Below, in pieces: positions 8,037 through 15,978 of a stretch of 48,108 nucleotides of DNA. The stretch comes from an uncultured Methanosarcinales archaeon (GTDB lineage: Archaea; Nanobdellota; Nanobdellia; Woesearchaeales; SM23-78): assembly GCA_964426715.1 (NCBI GenBank), contig CAYRRQ010000001.1:1-48108 (forward strand). Reading direction: 5' to 3'. The notes beneath the pieces were generated by a model that saw nothing but the letters and a program-made list of their open reading frames with translations, had not been told where the DNA came from and ran no database searches. Each line of letters starts with the position of its first letter. Within the stretch, counting starts at the first letter, position 1. The translations under genes were made by a program, and so were the position numbers.

Positions 8037-10043
8037 TTACTTTTTGCTTTCTTGCTTCTTATTTTTATCCTTGTCGCTTTTTATCAGGTCTTTCAATTTT
8101 TCAAAAGCAGGTGATGAAGTCTTTTGCAAGGCGGCTTGTTTCCCTTCTTCCTTATCTTTTTCCCTGGTTTTTTCCCGGGCTTTTTCTCCGGCCTTTTCTT
8201 TGCCTGGTTTCTTGCCTACAGAAGATAATGGTATGAATCCTTTTGCTGTCCTGCTCGGGGCTGGCTCCACAGGCGCCTTGACTTTGCCGGTTCCTGCTTG
8301 CTTTTCGCCTTTGCCAAACCTGTCAAACAATGCCCGTCTCTGGGATTTACCCCCAGAAGGCTCCCCGGGCCTGGTCTTGGCATAAACAAACCTTTTAGGC
8401 TTCTGACCCCGGCCTGTTCCCGGCCCTGTGATTCCCAACCTCATGGTTCCTGGCTTTTGCCCTGGTCCTGGCGGGTGGGTTCTGGCCTGACCTGGTAAGG
8501 GGCCTTTTCCTGTCCTGGCTGGACCAGCAAGACCTGCTTTTCTATAGTATACTAATAAGCCTGCGCTGCCAATCATTAATAACAAGCCCAATATTAGGAA
8601 TACTGTCTGAAAAGTATGCTTTTTCGCAGGTTCAGGGTCCTTGGGGTCTTCTGGGTCTGTGCTGTCCAGGTACTCGTCAAGATTAGAATAGCCGTCCCCG
8701 TCAAGGTCCTCATCAGCATCATAAGGGTCATTTGGGTCCAGGCCGTGGGCATTCTCCCACCAGTCAGGCATGCCATCACCGTCAGAGTCCTGTTCCTGGT
8801 CTGTTACGCATTTGCCTGCCACGCACATTAGTCCTTGTACACAGTCCTGGTCTGAGTTGCACTGCTCATTAACAGAGCATCCTGAAGCGCAGCTCCCGCC
8901 GCAGTCCACTCCAGTCTCATCCCCATTCTTAAAACCATCACTACAACTGGGAATCGCGCATGTGCCTGTGTCTGGGTTGCAAAAGCCTGTTGTGCAGTCA
9001 GAATCTATATTGCATTTTTGGCCCTGACTACAGGAGGGGCAATCACCTCCGCAATCCACGTCTGTTTCCAGGCCGTTGAGAGTGTTGTCTGTGCATGAAG
9101 CCTGGGCGCAAACATTGTTTTTACAGAAATATGCGCAGCAATCACTATCTTCTAAACAGGTGTTTCCCAGGGCGCAGCAGGGGCAGCTGCCACCACAGTC
9201 TGTATCTGTTTCATCACCGTTAAACTCGTCGTCATAACAGCTCTTATTATCATCTCCTGCGGCCTCACAATAAGTGGTGTCAAAATGGCAGTCATCCCTG
9301 CATCCCAGCGCGCCGCCAGTAAAGGCCTCAAAGTCTTTGCAATCATTAATTTCTCCAAAGTCATGGTAATCGCAGAGCTCTGCATCATTTAATTCATGGT
9401 CCCCGCAATAACCAGAAGCATTGCTCTGACAGTCGCTTGTGTCAAAAAAGCAGTCATCCCTGCAAGCTAGGGCGCCTCCTTCAAACACGCCTAATGAGTT
9501 GCATGTCTGTCCGTTAAGTTCATAACCATCGCATTCTTCGCCTGCGTCTATCACATTATTACCGCAGACTTCCAGCTTGCAATAAGCACTGCATCCGTCT
9601 CCGTCCTGGTTGTTGCCGTCATCGCATTCCTCGCTGCTGCTCTTCACACCATTACCGCAGCCCGCAGGAATAGGCACCTCTATCTCAAAGGTCTTGGTAT
9701 CGTTCCTGGTATTGCCCACATTATCAGCTACTTTAATAAAAAATGTGTACTCGCCTGTTTTTAGTTTGCTCCTAGGCTCGTATATAATGGTCTTGCCGCT
9801 GTTAAGCACTGTTTTGTCCATGCCATAAAAAAGGGATTGTTCGTCTTTGAGAGTTGCAGACACCACTTCTACTTCTTCAGGATAAGTAGCATTTATTATT
9901 ATGTCTGAACTATTAATAGTAACCCATGTCGCGGCCTGAACCCGTGCAGAAGAAACCATTAACAGGAATAGAGCAACAAATAATAGAATCGAGTTGAAAA
10001 GCATGGCAAACAATAATTTTTTTCTTTTCAAAATAAAAAACAC
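8037..10043 (-). CDS. Modular cysteine-rich surface protein, type I membrane topology with a Lys/Gly/Pro-rich cytoplasmic tail
   Basis: Signal peptide ..LLFVALFLLMVSSARVQA. Then a beta-sandwich-like segment, then CGNGVKSSSEECDDGNNQDGDGCSAYC (Myxococcus-type Cys-rich repeat), then 2x ..GGAL.CRDDC.FDT..C. Next come 3 tandem ~48-aa modules C.D...NG.ETD.DCGG.C..C..G..C..D.DC....C, and Asp-rich TSP3-like Ca-binding repeats (DSDGDGMPDWWE..DEDLDGDGYSNLDEYL). TM helix TVFLILGLLLMIGSAGLLVYY is followed by a ~185-aa K/G/P-rich tail. The start is ambiguous: GTG 10043 lies inside a GAGGTG, and TTG 10031 or the downstream ATG (M13) are alternatives. Confidence 0.8.
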   Translation of the reverse strand: MFFILKRKKLLFAMLFNSILLFVALFLLMVSSARVQAATWVTINSSDIIINATYPEEVEVVSATLKDEQSLFYGMDKTVLNSGKTIIYEPRSKLKTGEYTFFIKVADNVGNTRNDTKTFEIEVPIPAGCGNGVKSSSEECDDGNNQDGDGCSAYCKLEVCGNNVIDAGEECDGYELNGQTCNSLGVFEGGALACRDDCFFDTSDCQSNASGYCGDHELNDAELCDYHDFGEINDCKDFEAFTGGALGCRDDCHFDTTYCEAAGDDNKSCYDDEFNGDETDTDCGGSCPCCALGNTCLEDSDCCAYFCKNNVCAQASCTDNTLNGLETDVDCGGDCPSCSQGQKCNIDSDCTTGFCNPDTGTCAIPSCSDGFKNGDETGVDCGGSCASGCSVNEQCNSDQDCVQGLMCVAGKCVTDQEQDSDGDGMPDWWENAHGLDPNDPYDADEDLDGDGYSNLDEYLDSTDPEDPKDPEPAKKHTFQTVFLILGLLLMIGSAGLLVYYRKAGLAGPARTGKGPLPGQARTHPPGPGQKPGTMRLGITGPGTGRGQKPKRFVYAKTRPGEPSGGKSQRRALFDRFGKGEKQAGTGKVKAPVEPAPSRTAKGFIPLSSVGKKPGKEKAGEKAREKTREKDKEEGKQAALQKTSSPAFEKLKDLIKSDKDKNKKQESKK

Positions 10044-10137
10044 CTCTTTTTACTAATCTTATTCTCTTAATCTTTTTCTTAATTTATTTAATGAAAATTA
10101 TCAAACTTATTCTTAACCTAACTTATTTATTTACTCT

Positions 10138-13062
10138 TTAATCAGCAGCATAAACAGTGATTATCGGCTCTTCAGGCGGCTCTATGTCCAGGAGTATGCC
10201 CAGCAAAGTGTTCTGATACGTGTTCCCTGCAAAGTCCTCAGCATAAAAAACAACGTTGGTCAGCGTGTCGCTCCCAACATTTATCTGAAGCGTGAATTTT
10301 CCTGTGTCATCTGAGAAGCAGGGCGTCTGGCTGCTTGTTAACAAGCAGTTATTCACGCATGTAGTCTCGCCGGTATTAGTGTTCCTGGCACACACATACC
10401 TTGAATCAGTAGAGGTCTCACCCTTAACGGTGAGGTTCTGCTCATTAGTAGGGTACTCATCTGGCTCTGAGGGGGTGGTAATGTTTATAAAAGGCTTGTC
10501 TGCGTCCACGCTTATACTGAGGCTCTTAACCAACTCTAGGTTCTGGGCAGGGTCCTGGGTGTAGTAATAAACATGATAATCCCCTGACTCCTCAATCTCC
10601 TCTGAGTACACCTTCTCATCATTATCCGCCTCCTCTGTAGGATAGCAATAATCCTTGTCTATGCAGAAGAAAGTAGTGAGCTCATCAGAGGGATAATTAT
10701 CTAATGTGCTGAAACAAATCTCCAGCTCGGCGGGGTAAACCCCGAAGGTTGATGGGATAATCCTGGTTTCAGGATTAGAGAAATCTGCTTCGCACTCAAG
10801 ATCTCCTGGAAAGCAGTCCCTAACACGATTATTATCTTCATCTCTCTTGTTATCCGCATCCCTCCTGCAAATAGTATTCACAGAATCATAATAGCATTTA
10901 CCCAATCCCAGCTCATCATCACTGGGAACACTTAAATCATGAGTCCCTCCAACCCGCGCTCCCAAGTCATTGTACTGCGCGTCTACATACACTGATTGGC
11001 CACCAGTACAATCATCTGCATCAGAATAATCCATGCAAGTAGCAGTCGAGCTCTTAGTGCAGGGCTCAGAGCCACCCCCATAATAACATTCCCCAAACAA
11101 GTCGCAGGTCTGCGGAGAGCAGCCAGGGCTAAGCCAATTATACTCTGGCTCATCACAATACTCGCATTTTTGAAGTTCTTCTGCTACGGGCCTGCAAATG
11201 CCACCCAAAGAATGAGAATCTTCATCCAGCCACAACCACTCGCAGCCCTGGTTCTTATCGCAGGGGTCCGCTTTATCCTCGCAAGCCTCCTCTGACTTGT
11301 AATCATAGCAGGAAGTAATCTCAGCACAGTAATCAAAGGCACTGAACAAAGCCTGTGTGCGGTCAAGGTAACAACCAGTTACCACGTCTCTTCCAGTGCC
11401 GGGATAACAGTATTTCAAGATTTCTTCAGAGCCTTCTTTGACACCAATTCTCAAATCAAGGTAAGAGAACATACCGTACAAGCCATTGCATAAGTCGCAC
11501 ACCCCTTCTTCAGTACAGTTGGTCTGACCATTCACAGGACCCACGCAATACTCAGCGGGGTTGCAGTCCTCTATAATCTCAATATTATTATCCTCATCGC
11601 ACCGCGCCCTCTTATTATCCCAGCAGAACTCATCAGAGTGCGGCTCTAGGCAGTAATAATCACCTGTGCTCACGCACTGAATCTCTGATTCAGCAAATTC
11701 AAGGTCAGAACGCACATAATCAACCCTCACATAATAGCAGTATTCAGACGTCTCAGTTATGGACGTGTCAGAATAATTCATAAGACTCCTTGCAATGCTT
11801 CCAAGCTGGGAAAAACCATCATTTTCTGAAAGACAATCATTCTCAGATTCTTTTTTGCACTTAAAAACCGTGGAGCCCCCGATGCTGGGCTTACAAGAGT
11901 CTGGAAGCGTCCATGACAAGAATATTTTCTGGTTAGTATAATTAAACTCTGCACTGATCTCAGGTATCTTGGTAGTGTCAGTGCATTGCAGGTCTCCGCA
12001 CTGGCAGTCCTCGCATGGCGTGCCATCAGAGCACATCGTGTTAATCTCACAGTCCTCACCTGACTGAAGGATCAGGTCTCCACATTGCGCCAGGGTGTTG
12101 CAGTTGCAAGCCACGCAGTCATCTCCTGAGCAAAGACTGAGCTGGCCGTCAGCAGGGTCTTCTTCACAAGTCTCATAAGGATAAGTCACTATTCCGTCGC
12201 CGCACTCTGCAGAATAAACATTGCAGTCAGCATCTGTACTAACCGTGCACATATAAGGGCAGAGTCCGTTCTTCTGGCTTGCATCACAATAACAATCATT
12301 ATCATTAGAGGATGTACACGGTAAAATACACTTGTCATCATTATCTATGCAATACTCTTCTTCACACTCAGCATCATAAGAACAAAGAGCACAGTAATCA
12401 TCTTTCTCATCTGCATCTGACAAGTCATAAAGCGCCCATTTCCCTGCAGACGTACAATAAGCGTCCTCGTCAGTATCGCAATCACCAGGGCTGCATGAAC
12501 AGTCTAGGGAAAAATCAACATCCTCTCTGTCAGAATCCAAATCAAGTATTTTTCCTTTTTCTAAACAACCCGCCTTACTAATACCCAGGACGACCGTGCC
12601 CCCAGACACCTGATCTAAAACATAGTCTCCCTGACTATTAGTATAAGTAATAATGTCTGATCCTACAACAGCAACAGCCGCGCTTACCAAAGCACTCCCC
12701 TGCTTGTCAGTCACCGCTCCTGAAATAGTGTAGGTGTTTGCATCGCCACAAGAGCAGTCCTCCCCAAGACTAAGAGAATCCTCTTCTATAAATACCTCTG
12801 CGGAGGGGCAGGTATAATTAATCTTGATAACCCCGTCTGAGTCCAGGGAAGGACAGCAGCATCCCTGCACGCACGCAGAAAGGTCAGCGCAATCAGCAGC
12901 ATCATATTCTCCTGACGAACACTGACCATCATCATCTGATATGCATTCCTCCCCCGTAGCATTAACACAGCAGCCCGCACTTACCACGCCCGACATTAAG
13001 ATAAGCATCAAGACTACTATGAACAACACGCACAGTGTTACTAAAAAAACTTTTTTGTTCAC
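10138..13062 (-). CDS. Large secreted cysteine-rich protein (974 aa) with carboxypeptidase-regulatory-like, FN3-like and C-terminal Ig-like beta-sandwich segments
   Basis: GTG start with SD GGTGAGGT upstream. Signal peptide MNKKVFLVTLCVLFIVVLMLILMSGVVSA. YTISGAVTDKQGSALVSAAVAVVGSDIITYTNSQGDYVL is CarboxypepD_reg-like. ..KIFLSWTLPDS..YCYYVRVDY is FN3-like. Dozens of Cys occur throughout, and there is no C-terminal anchor. A TATA GATTTATATACC lies in the 156-nt upstream spacer. Confidence 0.8.
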   Translation of the reverse strand: MNKKVFLVTLCVLFIVVLMLILMSGVVSAGCCVNATGEECISDDDGQCSSGEYDAADCADLSACVQGCCCPSLDSDGVIKINYTCPSAEVFIEEDSLSLGEDCSCGDANTYTISGAVTDKQGSALVSAAVAVVGSDIITYTNSQGDYVLDQVSGGTVVLGISKAGCLEKGKILDLDSDREDVDFSLDCSCSPGDCDTDEDAYCTSAGKWALYDLSDADEKDDYCALCSYDAECEEEYCIDNDDKCILPCTSSNDNDCYCDASQKNGLCPYMCTVSTDADCNVYSAECGDGIVTYPYETCEEDPADGQLSLCSGDDCVACNCNTLAQCGDLILQSGEDCEINTMCSDGTPCEDCQCGDLQCTDTTKIPEISAEFNYTNQKIFLSWTLPDSCKPSIGGSTVFKCKKESENDCLSENDGFSQLGSIARSLMNYSDTSITETSEYCYYVRVDYVRSDLEFAESEIQCVSTGDYYCLEPHSDEFCWDNKRARCDEDNNIEIIEDCNPAEYCVGPVNGQTNCTEEGVCDLCNGLYGMFSYLDLRIGVKEGSEEILKYCYPGTGRDVVTGCYLDRTQALFSAFDYCAEITSCYDYKSEEACEDKADPCDKNQGCEWLWLDEDSHSLGGICRPVAEELQKCEYCDEPEYNWLSPGCSPQTCDLFGECYYGGGSEPCTKSSTATCMDYSDADDCTGGQSVYVDAQYNDLGARVGGTHDLSVPSDDELGLGKCYYDSVNTICRRDADNKRDEDNNRVRDCFPGDLECEADFSNPETRIIPSTFGVYPAELEICFSTLDNYPSDELTTFFCIDKDYCYPTEEADNDEKVYSEEIEESGDYHVYYYTQDPAQNLELVKSLSISVDADKPFINITTPSEPDEYPTNEQNLTVKGETSTDSRYVCARNTNTGETTCVNNCLLTSSQTPCFSDDTGKFTLQINVGSDTLTNVVFYAEDFAGNTYQNTLLGILLDIEPPEEPIITVYAAD

Positions 13063-13218
13063 TCAAACCTCACCTTCCCATTAAAAGACCTCTTCAGGCC
13101 AGGCCTCAGGTCTCTCATCAGGTCGCTCCCCGGTCATTCCTGATTTTACCCTAATCCTATGCCTTATTATCATAAAAATTTTTGTTTAAAGGTATATAAA
13201 TCTTTTTATTGAATTATG

Positions 13219-14904
13219 TTATGTGATTATGTATGCCGGCGGGTTTGCCTGGGACAGCTCATTGACATCATAACAAGAACCCCTGAACTGGCTGCTCTGG
13301 TTCTCAACCACCCAAAAACACCCGGGCATAGCATCCACGCACGCGGATTCGCCCAGAGCAGAGCAGGTAATCGGGCCAGGAGCCTCTGAATAATAAATAT
13401 TAGACACACAGTTATAGCACTCCGCGTCCTCAGACAAGGTACAAAACTTGCGCTGGCACTCGCTAAAACAAGGATTGCCTGCTAAAAAGCACCATTCATC
13501 ACAATCAGGTATGCTGCTATTTTCTGAGCAGTCAGCAACACAACTGTCTGTTGGCTGCCGGTCAAATCCGCGGTCAGTAATATTAACCCAAAATAGCTGG
13601 TAATCGAATAAGCCGCTGTCATCCAGCACCAGAAGCGTTATGTTATGCATTCCATAATCATACCTGCTAACATGCAATTCAAGCATGACCTGGTATTGCT
13701 GTTCAAGCCTGCCATCCTCCTCAGCTACACGAGGAGAAAAATAAGAAGACACATAATAGGTTATGCCTAAATCATCAGGGTCATATCCCTGCAAAGGAAT
13801 CTTAACCACATAAATGTCATCATCCAAGTCAAGGGTCTGGTTGCTAATACTGGCCAGCACAGGCCTCCTATTCTCAACAGCCGCCCTGATAGTCAGGGGC
13901 TTTCTGTTCACAACACTCTCCCTGTCAATCACCTGAATAATATTATCATGCCTTGCGGGCAGGGAAGCATCATGATTCTTATCTCTCATCTTAATAACAG
14001 ACAATCCTTCTCTCCAATATTCGGAAGCAACGTATTCCTTTAGCAGGTCAAAGTCATATCTCTGAGCATCCCTCCGGAGAATGTCGTACAAGAAGTTATA
14101 AGTCCTAGCCAGCGCGAGGTTCATGCTGGTCTGGTACTCGGTTATACGGGTTACTGGTTCGCCGCCCTCAAAAGCAATAGTCACAGGATACTGCACATTT
14201 ATTATGAGTTCTGAATCACGCATTACCAAGTCAACAACAGGCTCGGATTCTTCTCTTATGTCAGCCTCCATGTTCCTGGCAAAAGCAGAAAAATTAACAC
14301 AGCGCCCCAGACGGCTGGCAATATAATCCTCTATCTGCCTCTGAATGGTCAGGCCGAGCTGGTCGCCCTTTGCAAAAGGTTCACAGCTTGACTCCTTGGC
14401 AGAGTAGCACAGCTTGTTCAGACGGCTCTCTCCAAAAAAGCCGTCATAAGAAGATAAGAACCGGCATCCCTCAGTATTATAAGTGCTTACAAGCTGGTCA
14501 AGAGCAACAGAAGGATGCGGGTAAGCAGGGATTGAATAATCTATAACTGGGCACTCCTTGTTTTTTTTCAGGGCATAACTCACAAAGTAAGTTTTGTTCT
14601 CATAAGTGAAATTAAGATAGTCCCTGCCATGCTCCTGGGCCCGGAACGGAATGGTTCCTCCTTCAAAATCATAGATTACCCCGCCGTTAAAACCTATACT
14701 CTGCACAGCATCAGCAGTAAGTTGTTTCACGCAATCAGTTATATGATTCTTAATACTCCCTGTTTTTAACTCGTTAAGAACCCCTTCCAAGGTATTGGTT
14801 TTGGGACGGGCAGCTTCTTTAACCGCCAGGATTATTATTAAGAGTATAAATATTATTAAGCCCAGGATTACAAACATTGTTATCTGAGACCTTTTTCCCT
14901 TCAT
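13219..14904 (-). CDS. Large (561 aa) protein with a pilin-like class III signal peptide and a Cys-rich C-terminal region
   Basis: The N-terminus is MKGKRSQITMFVILGLIIFILLIIILAV. The C-terminal ~110 aa are Cys-dense (..CVADCSENSSIPDCDEWCFLAGNPCFSECQRKFC..). A strong SD GGGAGGAG lies 8 nt upstream of the ATG. Confidence 0.6.
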   Translation of the reverse strand: MKGKRSQITMFVILGLIIFILLIIILAVKEAARPKTNTLEGVLNELKTGSIKNHITDCVKQLTADAVQSIGFNGGVIYDFEGGTIPFRAQEHGRDYLNFTYENKTYFVSYALKKNKECPVIDYSIPAYPHPSVALDQLVSTYNTEGCRFLSSYDGFFGESRLNKLCYSAKESSCEPFAKGDQLGLTIQRQIEDYIASRLGRCVNFSAFARNMEADIREESEPVVDLVMRDSELIINVQYPVTIAFEGGEPVTRITEYQTSMNLALARTYNFLYDILRRDAQRYDFDLLKEYVASEYWREGLSVIKMRDKNHDASLPARHDNIIQVIDRESVVNRKPLTIRAAVENRRPVLASISNQTLDLDDDIYVVKIPLQGYDPDDLGITYYVSSYFSPRVAEEDGRLEQQYQVMLELHVSRYDYGMHNITLLVLDDSGLFDYQLFWVNITDRGFDRQPTDSCVADCSENSSIPDCDEWCFLAGNPCFSECQRKFCTLSEDAECYNCVSNIYYSEAPGPITCSALGESACVDAMPGCFWVVENQSSQFRGSCYDVNELSQANPPAYIIT

Positions 14905-15023
14905 GTTCCTAACTCCTCCCTCTTCTCATCTCACTTATCATCTGCCTTATCATCCACCTTAGTATCTGCCTTCTTCTCATCTACTATCCTCATCTGAACT
15001 TTATCTGAACTCCTCTGCTGAAC

Positions 15024-15950
15024 TCATCTGAACACCAGGCTGGCATAGCTCACACTATTAGTATAATCCCCGGTCACGTCTCCTGACGTATAGTACTGCT
15101 CTAACACAGGCCTGTTAAAACCAACTGTTTTCAGGAACAGGGCAATGGCCAGGAAGCCGCAGATAGTCGCCCCGGTCTCCCTGATATAATTCAAAAAGCC
15201 GTGGGCATCAACCTGCTTAATATAATCAATAGCTTTCATATCCAGCTCCCTGATCTTCTTGATCTTCTCCTCAACCAGGCCAGGATTCTGCTCTGAACGC
15301 CCTGAACCCTCTGAATATTCTGAATAATCCGAACTCCTGGAAAAAGGAGTAAAGCCATAATTAGGACCATAATGAATGAAATCTGAGCTCACAATAAAAC
15401 AAGCCTTTTTCCTGAGCTTCCCAAGAGCCTCTTTTAAGTCGTGGGAGGCCCTGTCCAGGTCTAGGTCATCGGATACGAGCAAGGGCAGGATCTTAATCTT
15501 CTCAGCCCTGGATTTAAGAGAGAACTGGAGGAACGGGAGCTGCACTTCCAGGCTGTGCTCCTGTGCATGAATGCTCTCATCAACACCTATACTCCCCTGT
15601 GACTTTACTTCCCTGGCAAGCTCCTGGTCAACACGCACCAAGCCAAGAGGAGTCTTAAAGGTCTGCACAGAAATGCCAGAGCAGTTGCTCTGGTGGTTAG
15701 GACCGAGCATGACAAATACATCTGGCAGAGGCGCCTCTGCCAAGGCCTTATAACTCCAGGCCGCAGCCATACCACTATAAACATAGCCTGCATGAGGCGC
15801 AATAATACCCTTAACCTGAAGCGCGTCTTTTCTTGGCTTCACAGGAAGCGCGCCAGGACCCAATTCATGAGCATAGCATGCTTCCAAAGCCCTGTTCAGG
15901 GCATTAACAGTGCCTGGATAAAACATGCCTGCATAAGCCGGTTCTCTCAT
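15024..15950 (-). CDS. MEMO1 family protein (AmmeMemoRadiSam system protein B)
   Basis: MREPAYAGMFYPG..IIAPHAGYVYSG..LGPNH..EHSLEVQLPFLQF..SSDFIHYG..TICG are all family-typical. The ATG at 15950 is preceded by the SD-like GGTGGT. The ORF track start at 15977 adds 9 unlikely residues. Confidence 0.85.
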   Translation of the reverse strand: MREPAYAGMFYPGTVNALNRALEACYAHELGPGALPVKPRKDALQVKGIIAPHAGYVYSGMAAAWSYKALAEAPLPDVFVMLGPNHQSNCSGISVQTFKTPLGLVRVDQELAREVKSQGSIGVDESIHAQEHSLEVQLPFLQFSLKSRAEKIKILPLLVSDDLDLDRASHDLKEALGKLRKKACFIVSSDFIHYGPNYGFTPFSRSSDYSEYSEGSGRSEQNPGLVEEKIKKIRELDMKAIDYIKQVDAHGFLNYIRETGATICGFLAIALFLKTVGFNRPVLEQYYTSGDVTGDYTNSVSYASLVFR

Positions 15951-15978
15951 AATTACCACCACAAAAAAATTATTCAAA

